Shown: piece after piece, positions 9,374 through 19,696 of the stretch
How the letters are laid out: every line of letters begins with the position of its first letter
Position numbering within the stretch: position 1 is the first letter of the stretch
Source of the DNA: Coleofasciculus chthonoplastes F2-STO-03
GTDB lineage: Bacteria; Cyanobacteriota; Cyanobacteriia; Cyanobacteriales; Coleofasciculaceae
NCBI GenBank assembly: GCA_040222015.1
Contig: JAVJWO010000016.1
Coordinates: forward strand, 1-52,123
Length of the DNA stretch: 52,123 bases
Reading direction: 5' to 3'
The notes under the pieces: generated by a model
What the model was told of the DNA's origin: nothing
Seen by the model: the letters and a program-made list of their open reading frames with translations, nothing else
Database searches by the model: none
Program-made: the position numbers and the translations under genes

Positions 9374-10327
9374 TCATACTTGATTTTTCCGGTAATCTTC
9401 AATATCAGCGCGTCGCCGCCGCAGTTGGATATCTTCTAGAAGCTTGCGATTCACCGCCATCAAGTCAGCAATTAATCCAAACATCCACAGTTGAAAGCCA
9501 ATCAGAATTAAAATGGCGGCGACAATTAAGCTAGGCGCACGACTTCTGTCCGGATCAAAGACCACCAACCAACGCACGCACAGAATCAACCCTAAACCGA
9601 AAGGAAGCGTCCCCATAACAATGAAGAACTGGAGCGGTTGATAGGTCAGGAAAATGCGAATAATCGTAAGAATGGAGCGCTGGATATAAGCGGGAATACT
9701 CTTAACTAAACGGGACGGGCGCAGGAAATCATTGGTTCTAATTGGCACCGAAGCAATGGCGATGTTTTTCTGTCCCGCCTGAATAATCATTTCTAGGGTA
9801 TACGTATATTGGCTAAAGACATTCAGTTGCAGCGCCGCATTCCGACTGATGGCGCGGAAGCCACTGGGAGCGTCCGGGATATTGGTTTTACTCGCGATTC
9901 GGACTACCCAGCTTCCTAATTTTTGTAAAAACTTTTTGGCAGGAGAAAAGTGCTTAATTTGCTGGATGGGTCTAGCACCTATGACAATTTCTGCCTGACC
10001 CTGTAAAATAGGTTCGATTAGTTTGGGGATGTCTGCCGCACAGTATTGATTATCGGCATCCGTATTCACAATAATATCGGCTCCCGCCTTTAAACAGGCT
10101 TCTATCCCTGCCATAAACCCCTTGGCTAAACCCTGATTATGATCAAAGTTGACAATATGGTCAACGCCACAGGCTTTGGCAACTTCAACCGTTTGGTCGA
10201 TACTACCATCATTGATAATCAGCCACTCTACTGTATCGACTCCAGGGACTTGGCGGGGGAGTTCGGACAGGGTTAGCCCTAGGGTAGCTTCTTCGTTATA
10301 ACAAGGAATTTGAATGATTAATTTCAT
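9374..10327 (-). CDS. GT2 glycosyltransferase (polyprenol-phosphate glycosyltransferase-like)
   Basis: IIQIPCYNEE, INDGSID, DADNQY, D..SGFRA and two C-terminal TM helices. Confidence 0.92.
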   Translation of the reverse strand: MKLIIQIPCYNEEATLGLTLSELPRQVPGVDTVEWLIINDGSIDQTVEVAKACGVDHIVNFDHNQGLAKGFMAGIEACLKAGADIIVNTDADNQYCAADIPKLIEPILQGQAEIVIGARPIQQIKHFSPAKKFLQKLGSWVVRIASKTNIPDAPSGFRAISRNAALQLNVFSQYTYTLEMIIQAGQKNIAIASVPIRTNDFLRPSRLVKSIPAYIQRSILTIIRIFLTYQPLQFFIVMGTLPFGLGLILCVRWLVVFDPDRSRAPSLIVAAILILIGFQLWMFGLIADLMAVNRKLLEDIQLRRRRADIEDYRKNQV

Positions 10328-10449
10328 TGCACGTATCGCCAAAACAGTTGAGTCATAAGATTAAAATACCGCTTCTTTCTGACAACTAAGTACCTAGACA
10401 TAAATTCTGTACACTGTACTGATTTGGTATTTTCCTGGAAACCTTCTGC

Positions 10450-10545
10450 CCGGTTGGTGAGCGCGGCAACTGAGCCTGTCGAAGTTCAGTCGAGCCGCGC
10501 TCACGCCGAAGCCCTATCGAACCGGTTGGTGAGCCTGTCGAACCA
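10450..10545. repeat. Nested array of small dispersed repeats
   Basis: The unit GGTTGGTGAGCCT(G/A)TCGAACC occurs twice. The first copy is interrupted by further TGAGC..TCGAA and GCGCTCACGCCGAAG units. Confidence 0.7.
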
Positions 10546-10568
10546 CTGCCTAGTCGCAACTATCCCGT

Positions 10569-12065
10569 TTATGCTTTGGCTCTAGCTTGCAGCCAGCCCC
10601 AACGCAACACCCAAACGCCTGTTCCAATCAACAGGACGGCTAAAAGTCCACCCACCCAAATCGGGATACCCACAGCAGGCAATACCCACCACCATACCGC
10701 CACGATATGTAACAGTTGAGCGCTGGTCATCTGGTCACCGGGCGGTGGTTCTCCGACTTGCCCTAGGACATCTCGAATATTTGTACTTAAAGCACTGCTA
10801 ACCTGGCGATAGGCGGCACCCCAAGCATTAAATAGAGGAGCATAGCTGGGCGAATCCCATAAGGCTCTGGCTCGATTGATATATCCTCCATCAAGGGCTT
10901 CGGCATAGTAGCGCTGGAAATACGATACCAGGGTTGGGGCATTGGCGAGGAACCCGAGTACCGTCAAACCAATTAACCACTTCCACCACCTTTTCCCAAT
11001 CAGTGCGACTAGCGCCATCAATCCTGGAAGTGCGGGAACTAAAAATCGAGGTCCCCAACTCCAGCCGCCAAATTCCCACAAGGAATGGAGTAGCCAATAC
11101 CCACCGAATATACCCCCAATGGCTAAGGCTTCTAGGGGTTTAGATTTGAGCGCGTTGCGGAATCCAATAATTGCCAGAATAGTTGGCGGACAGTACCAGA
11201 TTAACCCCCCTCCTGCGCCGGGACTCAAGATCAAACCGATGAATCGTTCTAGCATTCCATCCAGGGTAAATTTCGAGGCATTTTGTCCACTGGATAGTAA
11301 ACCACCAAATCGCAGGTAGTTATACGCCATGAACAGCATAAACCCCATAATTGTACCTAGCAGAGGACCAAGAGCATTCCGCAGGGGATACCGCTTGAGC
11401 AGGAGATAGGCGGACAACACTGGTCCAATCACGATACCTGCTGGTTTTGCGGTCAAGGCTAAACCGGAAAGTATACTCGCACCTGCATGTTCACGACTGG
11501 TTTTTCCCAGGGCTAGATAGAGGCTGGATGCAGTTATAAAAGAGAGGAGGGGTTCAGCAAAGAACTCTCGCGAATAGACCAAGGCTGTCGTACCTAAGGC
11601 AAAACATAAGGCGGCTAAGTACGCACCCGTTCGACTGCTTCCCAAGCGCAATGCCAACAAAGCCACAAGTGATGTGGTTAAAGCGGTTAATAAGACAGAT
11701 ACAACTAAGGCACAAACCGCCGATGAATAGTTTGTCGGTATATTGAACCAGTGACCTAATGCAAGTCCAACAGCAACAAAGGGTGTGGCAATAATCGGTA
11801 ATAAGGGATATCGAATTGAGTAATATTGCCCATCGCGACCTAAGACTCCGGAACCGGGCGGCACGCTAAAATCAAATTCGGTAACTAATGACTTGGAAAC
11901 ATGCAGCATGTCATTGCCATCAAAGCCCCAAATCCCCGGTTTGAGAAATGCCAGATAAATTAGCGCGATGCCAATGGATAGGGCGAACGCCATTTTCCCA
12001 ACCTGTTGATGCGCGAGTTGTCGCTCTTGAAGGGTGGAATCTTGAATCTCGCTGGGATTTACCAT
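10569..12065 (-). CDS. GT-C fold (PMT/ArnT-like) integral-membrane glycosyltransferase
   Basis: Multi-TM protein with an early loop Asp (GFDG), YS..FFAEP, YNYLRFG and WGPRFL.P motifs. Confidence 0.75.
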   Translation of the reverse strand: MVNPSEIQDSTLQERQLAHQQVGKMAFALSIGIALIYLAFLKPGIWGFDGNDMLHVSKSLVTEFDFSVPPGSGVLGRDGQYYSIRYPLLPIIATPFVAVGLALGHWFNIPTNYSSAVCALVVSVLLTALTTSLVALLALRLGSSRTGAYLAALCFALGTTALVYSREFFAEPLLSFITASSLYLALGKTSREHAGASILSGLALTAKPAGIVIGPVLSAYLLLKRYPLRNALGPLLGTIMGFMLFMAYNYLRFGGLLSSGQNASKFTLDGMLERFIGLILSPGAGGGLIWYCPPTILAIIGFRNALKSKPLEALAIGGIFGGYWLLHSLWEFGGWSWGPRFLVPALPGLMALVALIGKRWWKWLIGLTVLGFLANAPTLVSYFQRYYAEALDGGYINRARALWDSPSYAPLFNAWGAAYRQVSSALSTNIRDVLGQVGEPPPGDQMTSAQLLHIVAVWWWVLPAVGIPIWVGGLLAVLLIGTGVWVLRWGWLQARAKA

Positions 12066-12264
12066 AGTATTTCTAAAGTATTCTGGTTATTTTTATAGAT
12101 TATTTTCGATTACTTGGGCTTACCCAGTACTGCTTATTTCCTGTCGCTTTTCTGGCAAACCAACTCCAGGATTGGCGTGAGACTGAGACTCGCCGATTTT
12201 CTCTCAAGAGATTCTAGTATGACAAAGGCATGACACCAAGAGCAACTTATCAGAAGCACAGACA

Positions 12265-13164
12265 ATGGAGTCAACAGATATGAATCAACAGATTGCCTTT
12301 ATCGGACTTGGCGTCATGGGAGGACCTATGGCAGCAAATTTGGCACGAGGGGATTACCCAGTTAAGGCATGGAATCGAACCCCTAACCGTCCAGGTGTGG
12401 AGATAGCGGCTCAGGCGGGGGTAACGGTGGTGTCTTCGATTCGGGAGGCTGTCACATCAGCTGATATTGTCTTTTCCTGTGTCAGTGATGTTCCTGATGT
12501 CAAAGACGTTCTTCTGGGAGCGGGAGGGGTTGCCGAATCAGCGCGTCCAGGTACGCTGGTAATTGATACCAGTACTATCGGTCCAGAGGCGGCGCGTGAA
12601 ATAGGCACCCAATTGCAACAGCATAACTTGCGCTTTTTGGATGCGCCCATTTCGGGAGGTGATATTGGGGCAAAAAATGGCACGCTGACGATTATGGTGG
12701 GCGGAGAGGCAAAAGATTTTGAGGAAAGCAAACCGTTGTTGGAGGTTTTGGGTAAAACCATTCGCCTGTGTGGACCGATGGGGAGTGGTCAAGCGGTGAA
12801 ACTGTGTAACCAGGTTTTGGCGGCGGTTCATGCGGTGGCGTTGTGTGAGGCGATGCAGTTGGCACAGCAGCAGGATATTGACCCGAACTTAATTGTAGAG
12901 GTTTGCAGTACGGGGGCGGCTGGTTCTTGGGCGCTGTCGAATTTGGGACCGAAAATTGCCGCGTCGGATTTCCAACCGGGTTTTATGATTAAGCATATTC
13001 TGAAGGATTTAAGGTTGGTAGCCGAAACCTTAAGTTCATCGCCTCAGGAATTGCCAGGGGTGGAACTGGCTGACCGTTTATTTAAGATGGTTCAAGAGTT
13101 TGATGGCGGTAAAGGAGGGGAACAGGGTACTCAGGCAATGATTCGCGCTTATCACAAGTCCTAG
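12265..13164 (+). CDS. NAD(P)-dependent beta-hydroxyacid dehydrogenase (3-hydroxyisobutyrate / tartronate semialdehyde reductase family)
   Basis: FIGLGVMG, DAPISGG, GSGQAVKLCNQ and KDL motifs. Confidence 0.92.
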   Translation: MESTDMNQQIAFIGLGVMGGPMAANLARGDYPVKAWNRTPNRPGVEIAAQAGVTVVSSIREAVTSADIVFSCVSDVPDVKDVLLGAGGVAESARPGTLVIDTSTIGPEAAREIGTQLQQHNLRFLDAPISGGDIGAKNGTLTIMVGGEAKDFEESKPLLEVLGKTIRLCGPMGSGQAVKLCNQVLAAVHAVALCEAMQLAQQQDIDPNLIVEVCSTGAAGSWALSNLGPKIAASDFQPGFMIKHILKDLRLVAETLSSSPQELPGVELADRLFKMVQEFDGGKGGEQGTQAMIRAYHKS

Positions 13165-13192
13165 TTCAAGAAAGCAGAAGGTTCCACAATTT

Positions 13193-13254
13193 GTAGGGGC
13201 GGGTTTAGCCACTAAATTAGATATTCACCGATAAATAAACAACCAAACCCGCCC
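13193..13254. repeat. GTAG-type REP doublet (GTAGGGGCGGGTTT...AAACCCGCCC)
   Basis: Inverted arms around a variable spacer. Further copies at 14798-15046 (x3), 41505-41568 and 50593-50650. Confidence 0.8.
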
Positions 13255-13311
13255 TCCCCACCGATAAATAAACTTATCATTCGTTGTTATTGTTCCCATC
13301 CTTAACCAGCA

Positions 13312-14670
13312 ATGACCTCAACTCCTGCCAAATCCTTTGACTGGAATGCCTTAGCCTCGGAATTCGCGGGGATAGAAACGATTACTGAACCGACTCAGGT
13401 GGCTAAGTTATCTCTGGACTATTACCATTTCAGTCCGGTTCTGCAACCTTTGTTAGGGGATAAGCGAGGGAATCTGGTGGTACGCCCTCGGACAGAACCT
13501 GAAATTATACAGGTGGCGCGAATTTGTGTCAAGCACAAAGTCCCCCTGACGATTCGAGGTGCGGGAACCGGGAATTATGGACAATGTATTCCGCTGTACG
13601 GTGGCGTGATTTTGGATACTACCCGGATGAATGGAATTCGTTGGATTAAACCGGGTAAGACTTGTGTGGAACCGGGGGTGAAGTTAGCGGCGTTTGATAA
13701 ACAGGCGCGGGAAATTGGCTGGGAATGGCGGATGGTGCCTTCAACGTACCGCAGTGCAACAATTGGTGGCTTTATTGGGGGCGGAAGTGGGGGAATTGGT
13801 TCAATTAACTATGGGCAATTGCGCGATCGCGGTAATCTTTTGGCGGTGCGTGTGGTTACACTGGAGGACGAACCCCGTGTGATTGAGTTACGGGGAGATG
13901 ATGTGCAGAAGGTGAATCACGCTTATGGCACGAATGGGATTATTACGGAGTTGGAAGTTCCCCTCGCCCCAGCTTATGCCTGGATAGAGGTAATTGTTGT
14001 GTTCGATCATTTTATCACTGCTGCCGAGTTTGGTCAGGCTTTAGGTGATGCAGATGGGTTGGTGAAAAAGTTGATTAGTATTCATGCTCATCCCATCCCA
14101 ACCTATTTTAGTGGATTGAAGTCATACCTACCGGATGGAAAGTCCTGTGCTTTATTAATGATAGCGGAGTCTTGTTTAGAACCGTTTCAGGAATTAGTGC
14201 GGGAGTATGGCGGGGAAATTACTTATCAAAAATCTGCCCAAGAGGGGAGTAAAGGCACAAGTTTAGCTGAGTTTACCTGGAATCATACGACTTTACACGC
14301 CCGGAGTCTTGACTCGACGCTGACGTATTTGCAAACCTTCTTTTTTACGTTGGAACGGGTGAAGCAATTGTATGATCATTTCGGCGATGAAGTGATGATG
14401 CATTTAGAGTTTCTGCGGGTGAATGGTCAAGCAATTCCAGCCGGATTGCAACTGGTTCGCTACACCACGGAAGAACGGTTAAATGAGATTATTCGCTATC
14501 ACGAAGAACAGGGGGCGTTTATTGCCAATCCCCATACTTATATTCTGGAAGATGGGGGACGTAAGACAATTGATGTGGAACAGGTGCAGTTTAAGGCACA
14601 GGTTGATCCTTATGGATTGATGAATCCGGGTAAAATGCGGGGGTGGGAGGAGCGAGAAGAGAGTTCTTAA
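13312..14670 (+). CDS. FAD-binding oxidoreductase (VAO/GlcD-like)
   Basis: RGAGTGNYGQ, ATIGGFIGGG, GTNGIITE and C-terminal DPYGLMNPGK. Confidence 0.9.
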   Translation: MTSTPAKSFDWNALASEFAGIETITEPTQVAKLSLDYYHFSPVLQPLLGDKRGNLVVRPRTEPEIIQVARICVKHKVPLTIRGAGTGNYGQCIPLYGGVILDTTRMNGIRWIKPGKTCVEPGVKLAAFDKQAREIGWEWRMVPSTYRSATIGGFIGGGSGGIGSINYGQLRDRGNLLAVRVVTLEDEPRVIELRGDDVQKVNHAYGTNGIITELEVPLAPAYAWIEVIVVFDHFITAAEFGQALGDADGLVKKLISIHAHPIPTYFSGLKSYLPDGKSCALLMIAESCLEPFQELVREYGGEITYQKSAQEGSKGTSLAEFTWNHTTLHARSLDSTLTYLQTFFFTLERVKQLYDHFGDEVMMHLEFLRVNGQAIPAGLQLVRYTTEERLNEIIRYHEEQGAFIANPHTYILEDGGRKTIDVEQVQFKAQVDPYGLMNPGKMRGWEEREESS

Positions 14671-14790
14671 TTTGTCATTCGTCATTCGTCATTCGTTTCA
14701 ATCTGAGTGCAAAAGCCAACCATAAAAAAGCTAGTTCAATAATCGAAGCATTGACTACAATTGTGCCAATTTTAACATTGGCTAATTCTA

Positions 14791-15049
14791 CCTATATAAG
14801 GGTGGGTTTTGTTGAGAAGTTATCGGTGAGATATTATATAAACCTGCCCCTACAAATTTTGATTAATTTCCACTAACCTATATAAGGGCGGGTTTTGTTG
14901 AGAGGTTATCGGTGAGATGTTCTAGGGTAGTTCCTAAACCCGCCCCTACAAATTTTGATTAATTTCCACTAACCTATATAAGGGCGGGTTTTGTTGAGAG
15001 GTTATCGGTGAGATATTCTAGGGTAGTTCCTAAACCCGCCCCTACAAAT
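14791..15049. repeat. Tandem triplication (86/96/partial bp) of a REP doublet unit
   Basis: Units begin CCTATATAAGGG at 14791, 14877 and 14973, with nearly identical internal sequence. Confidence 0.9.
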
Positions 15050-15185
15050 AACTTTATCTATGGATTTGGATTATATTATATTCGTTTAAACGGGGATCAT
15101 TTCCTTCTTTATTACAACCTTGTTACTTTCCTTCTGCCATCTGCCTTATAGTTGAATTGGACGAATTTAGAAGCCAAACACTAAA

Positions 15186-15989
15186 ATGCACAGTTTTATT
15201 CCCCCAGAACGCTTCTTTCCTTATCTCACTTGGACAGATATCCAAACAATGCCCGATAAGGAAAATGTGGTGATTATTCAACCTGTTGGCGCGATTGAAC
15301 AACATGGTCATCATTTGCCCTTAGTTGTGGATTCGGCGATTGGTGTGGGGGTTTTGGGTAAAGCCCTAGCCCAACTAGAACCGAATATCCCGGCTTATGC
15401 GTTGCCAAATTTATTTTACGGGAAATCGAATGAACATTGGCATTTTCCCGGTACGATTACCCTCAGCGCCCAAACCTTGCTGGCGGTGTTAATGGAGATG
15501 GCGGATAGTATTTATCGGGCGGGATTCCGGAAGTTAGTGTTGATGAATTCCCATGGGGGACAACCCCAGGTGATGGAAATTGCGGCGCGGGATATTCATC
15601 AAAAGTATGGGGATTTTATGGTGTTTCCGCTGTTTACTTGGCGAGTTCCTAATATGGCAAAGGAGTTAATTTCAGCTAAGGAGTTGGAGTTGGGAATTCA
15701 TGCGGGAGATGCGGAAACGAGTTTGATGTTATCCCTATTACCGGAACAGGTGAAAATGGAACGGGCGGTGGCTGAATATCCTAAAGGGTTACCGGAGGAT
15801 AGTTTATTAAGTATGGAAGGGAAGTTACCCTTTGCTTGGTTGACGCGAGAGTTGAGTCAGAGTGGGACTTTGGGTGATCCCACACCCGCAACGAAGGGAA
15901 AAGGCGATCGCATCCTAGAGTCGTTGGTATCCGGTTGGGTACGGGTAATCCAGGATATCTATACGTTTCGCCAACCGCAGGGTAAGTAA
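15186..15989 (+). CDS. Creatininase-family amidohydrolase
   Basis: GAIEQHGHHLP..D, SNEH..FPGTI, NSHGG and HAGDAETS motifs. Confidence 0.93.
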   Translation: MHSFIPPERFFPYLTWTDIQTMPDKENVVIIQPVGAIEQHGHHLPLVVDSAIGVGVLGKALAQLEPNIPAYALPNLFYGKSNEHWHFPGTITLSAQTLLAVLMEMADSIYRAGFRKLVLMNSHGGQPQVMEIAARDIHQKYGDFMVFPLFTWRVPNMAKELISAKELELGIHAGDAETSLMLSLLPEQVKMERAVAEYPKGLPEDSLLSMEGKLPFAWLTRELSQSGTLGDPTPATKGKGDRILESLVSGWVRVIQDIYTFRQPQGK

Positions 15990-16151
15990 GGGAACGTGCG
16001 ATCGCGAATAATCCAGGTAAGGTATCTACCGAGATGGAAACTTATTATTGGTCAATTGCCTGAATAACAGTGAAGTATCTACCGACGTCAGCCAAGAGAT
16101 TGAAAACACTTTCTTATTACCCATTGCCGAAATTGACAAACGGAGGAATGA

Positions 16152-16610
16152 ATGCGAATGGAAGAACTCATAACCTTAAAGGAATTTATCCAGCAAGGCA
16201 AAATTCCGGAAGCCTTGGAACTTGTTGAAGAATTAGAGGAGATGAGTAAATCCGATAAACTCAATAAAATATTTAGCTATGGCATCATTCTCTTATTGCA
16301 TCTAATTAAAAAAGCTGCCGAAAACCGCACCACTAAATCCTGGCAGGTTTCTATATTTAATTCAGTTAAGCAAATTCAACGCACGAATCGACGCCATAAA
16401 GCTAAAGGGACTTATTTAACCGAAGACGAGTTACGGGAAACCTTACAGGATGCTTATGAATCAGCGCTGAGAAATGCAGCCCTAGAAGCGTTCGAGGGAA
16501 TTTATGAGGCTGAAGAAATCGGCGCCATGGTTAACCGAGAAGAAATTATTGAAATGGCAATGGATTTGATTCTAGAACGTCAATCAACTGATGGAATATC
16601 AAAAGATTAA
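16152..16610 (+). CDS. DUF29 family protein
   Basis: EELEEMSKSD...LLLHLIK...SW..SI motif. Confidence 0.8.
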   Translation: MRMEELITLKEFIQQGKIPEALELVEELEEMSKSDKLNKIFSYGIILLLHLIKKAAENRTTKSWQVSIFNSVKQIQRTNRRHKAKGTYLTEDELRETLQDAYESALRNAALEAFEGIYEAEEIGAMVNREEIIEMAMDLILERQSTDGISKD

Positions 16611-16639
16611 CACGAAGTCGCGACATAAAATGATCGGAA

Positions 16640-16701
16640 AGGGCGACCCAAGTAAATTAAGTGGCTTACAATTGTTCATTGATGCAAGCGAGTCGCCCCT
16701 A
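16640..16701. repeat. REP doublet GGGCGAC...GTCGCCCCTAC
   Basis: Inverted arms. Related copies at about 41954-42012 and 42032-42093. Confidence 0.7.
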
Positions 16702-16815
16702 CAGTGCTTGCAATTACCTAAATTTGTTTATACTATAAACGGTTTGCAAGACCTAACTGATAGCCATTGATTAGGCTAAGGTTCCCTTACTACGAACTAC
16801 GAACTACAAACTTTT

Positions 16816-18414
16816 GTGTCTGACAAGTCTAAACCGTCTCGTTCCCTTGCCGGAATTGCCTCGATTGTGGCAATTGCCACACTGATTAGTAAAATTTTTG
16901 GCTTGGTCCGTGAACAAGCGATCGCGGCGGCGTTTGGTGTGGGTCCGGTGGTGAATGCTTATGCCTACGCTTACGTGATTCCGGGCTTTCTGCTGATTTT
17001 ACTGGGTGGGATTAATGGTCCGTTTCACAGCGCCTTGGTGAGTGTGCTGGCAAAACGGGATAAGTCGGAAGCCGCCCCTCTGGTGGAAACGGTGACGACT
17101 CTGGTGAGTGGGATATTGTTGCTGGTGACGATTATCCTAATTCTATTTGCGCCCACGTTTATCGATATCCTCGCCCCTGGATTAGAGGAAACCGCGCGAT
17201 CGCTTGCAGTGCAACAATTGCAAATTATGGCACCGTTGGCGGTTCTGGCGGGGTTGATTGGCATTGGTTTCGGAACGCTGAATGCTTCGGATCAATATTG
17301 GTTACCCAGTGTTAGCCCGTTATTTTCCAGTTTGGCGGTGATTGGGGGTTTAGGGATATTGGCACTCTACTCTGGCGGACAAGTTAATAACGCTGAGTAT
17401 ATCCGCCTGGGTAGTATTATTTTAGCTGTGGGTACTCTAGCTGGGGCAATTTGGCAGTGGGTGATGCAACTGATTGCCCAGTCGCGATCGGGAATGGGGC
17501 GATTACGGTTGCGGTTTAATTGGAAACTTCCAGGGGTAAAGGAGGTGATGCGGGTGATGGCACCAGCGACGCTATCTTCTGGGATGTTACATATTAATGT
17601 GTATACCGATCTATTTTTCGCCTCGTTTATCCCTAATGCAGCGGCGGCGATGCGCTATTCCAATTTTATTGTGCTGACGCCTCTGGGGATTATTTCTAAT
17701 ATGATATTGGTGCCGATGCTGCCTGTGTTTTCCCGGTTAGCCGCACCAGAGAATTGGGTGGAGTTGAAAGTGCGAATTCGTCAGGGATTACTGCTTACGG
17801 CTTTGACAATGTTACCCCTGACGGCGATTTTTATCTCTCTATCCGTGCCGATTGTTCGGGTAATTTATGAACGCTATGCCTTTGGTGCAGAGGCTTCTCA
17901 GATTGTTGCCCCGGTACTAATGGCGTATGGGTTGGGGATGTTCTTTTATTTAGCACGGGATGTTTTGGTGCGGGTATTTTATGCCTTGGGGGATGGGGAG
18001 ACGCCATTTCGGATTAGTATTGCCAATATCTTTATTAATGGGTTGCTAGATTATTTGTTGGTGAATGCCTTTGCCACACCGGGTTTAGTTTTTGCTACGA
18101 TTGGCGTCAATATTATTTCTATGGGCTGGCTATTGTGGGTGCTGAATCGGCGGCTGCATGGCTTACCGTTAGGGGAATGGGGGATAGCGCTGATGGGGTT
18201 GGCGGGGAGTAGTGTTGTGGCAGGATTGGGTTGTTGGGGGGTGAGTTGGGGCTGGCAAGAGGTTGTGGGGAGTGAGAATTTACTGCTGCAAGTCTTACAA
18301 CTGAGTTTGGCGATGTCGGTGGCGTTGGGGATTTTTGCGGTTTTGGTTGCTCGGTTGAAGTTACCGGAAGTGGATATTTTGGTGAGTCGTTTGCGTCAAA
18401 AGTTGGGGAAATGA
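16816..18414 (+). CDS. murJ: Lipid II flippase MurJ (MviN)
   Basis: SKIFGLVRE..IAAAFG, GGINGPFHSA and FYALGD..TP motifs; about 14 TM helices. Confidence 0.93.
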   Translation: MSDKSKPSRSLAGIASIVAIATLISKIFGLVREQAIAAAFGVGPVVNAYAYAYVIPGFLLILLGGINGPFHSALVSVLAKRDKSEAAPLVETVTTLVSGILLLVTIILILFAPTFIDILAPGLEETARSLAVQQLQIMAPLAVLAGLIGIGFGTLNASDQYWLPSVSPLFSSLAVIGGLGILALYSGGQVNNAEYIRLGSIILAVGTLAGAIWQWVMQLIAQSRSGMGRLRLRFNWKLPGVKEVMRVMAPATLSSGMLHINVYTDLFFASFIPNAAAAMRYSNFIVLTPLGIISNMILVPMLPVFSRLAAPENWVELKVRIRQGLLLTALTMLPLTAIFISLSVPIVRVIYERYAFGAEASQIVAPVLMAYGLGMFFYLARDVLVRVFYALGDGETPFRISIANIFINGLLDYLLVNAFATPGLVFATIGVNIISMGWLLWVLNRRLHGLPLGEWGIALMGLAGSSVVAGLGCWGVSWGWQEVVGSENLLLQVLQLSLAMSVALGIFAVLVARLKLPEVDILVSRLRQKLGK

Positions 18415-18576
18415 ACAGCCCAGGTTTTATCATTTCAGGTTGCCTTGTCGGTGTACCAAGTTGCAACAGGGCGATGATTAAAAGCCTTAGACTTAGAGAG
18501 AACGTTCTGGAATGAATCCGCTTTAACATTATTATATTTATTGTTTGTCAACAGTCTTTTAAGCTGAACCATTGCC

Positions 18577-19689
18577 ATGTCTGAACGGCGGATTGCAATT
18601 TCCATTCAAAATATCCTGCTCATTACCGCTACAGTTTTGCTGCTGCTGCTGCTGTGGCAACTCAGTAGTCTGTTGGTGATCCTGATGATTGCGGTGGTTC
18701 TCGCCGCCACCTTAGCCCCGATCATCAATAGCGCCCAACAGTTGGGAATTCCTCGCTGGTTAGCTGTTCTCCTGGTCTATTTAGGCTTACTAACCATTTT
18801 AGTTGGAGTCGGAGTGTTAATTGGACCAACCGTGGCACAGCAAATCCAGCGCCTGTTTCGCCGACTCCCTGACTATCTAGAAGTGTTAGAATCCTTAATC
18901 GACCGTTTGGCAGTGCGCCTGGGGATTAGCGAACCCGTAATTAGTCAAATTTTTGATACCCAAACCCTCACCAATTGGGCAATTCGTTCCAGTCAACAAC
19001 TCGTTGTCCGATCGTATGGGGTAACGCGGGGGTTTCTGGGTGGTATTCTCAGTGTGATTCTGGCTTTATTTCTATCGGGCTATATGCTATCCGGTGCAGA
19101 ACGCTTAATTAAAGGGATTGTGAGTTTATTCCCCAAACCCTGGGATGATCGCTTGGCGGCGCAGGTTAAGCCAGTGAGTCGGCGCATGGGTAATTATATC
19201 CAGGGACGAGTGTTAGTTTCCGGGATTTTAGGAATTGCAATTACCATTGGGTTAAAAGTTTTGGGGATTACTGAATTTGCTTTAGGTTTAGGTGTGATTG
19301 CTGGGGGAACCAATCTGATTCCTTTTTTCGGTCCCGTGTTGGGGGCGATTCCGGCGTTGATTGTGGCAATTGCCCAAGGAGGGTGGACGTTTTTATGGGT
19401 ATTTCTCCTGTTTGTGATTATTCAAAATGTGGAAACATACTTGCTTGATCCCCTTTTAGTCGGTTCTTCGGTGAGAGTTCATCCCTTGTATCAGTTGTTG
19501 GCGGTGGTTGGTGGCGCACAGGTGTTGGGAATTATTGGGGCGTTAATTGTTCCCCCTTGGATAGCCGGGGCGTCTGTTTTGTTAGAGAATCTCTACCTGC
19601 AACCCAAACGACTGGCGGAACAGCAAGCCGCAGCACTATCACCACCATCTAGGGAAGAAACTCAAAGCACTCTATCGATGAAAGGTTAA
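18577..19689 (+). CDS. AI-2E family transporter
   Basis: Multi-TM protein with IPFFGP, IIQNVE...L.P...G and VHP motifs. Confidence 0.9.
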   Translation: MSERRIAISIQNILLITATVLLLLLLWQLSSLLVILMIAVVLAATLAPIINSAQQLGIPRWLAVLLVYLGLLTILVGVGVLIGPTVAQQIQRLFRRLPDYLEVLESLIDRLAVRLGISEPVISQIFDTQTLTNWAIRSSQQLVVRSYGVTRGFLGGILSVILALFLSGYMLSGAERLIKGIVSLFPKPWDDRLAAQVKPVSRRMGNYIQGRVLVSGILGIAITIGLKVLGITEFALGLGVIAGGTNLIPFFGPVLGAIPALIVAIAQGGWTFLWVFLLFVIIQNVETYLLDPLLVGSSVRVHPLYQLLAVVGGAQVLGIIGALIVPPWIAGASVLLENLYLQPKRLAEQQAAALSPPSREETQSTLSMKG

Positions 19690-19696
19690 CATTAAT

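Noticed and set aside
14791..15049. Possible CRISPR array
   Set aside because: Whole units, including the would-be spacers, are near-identical. There are no unique spacers or cas genes; it is a REP tandem repeat.
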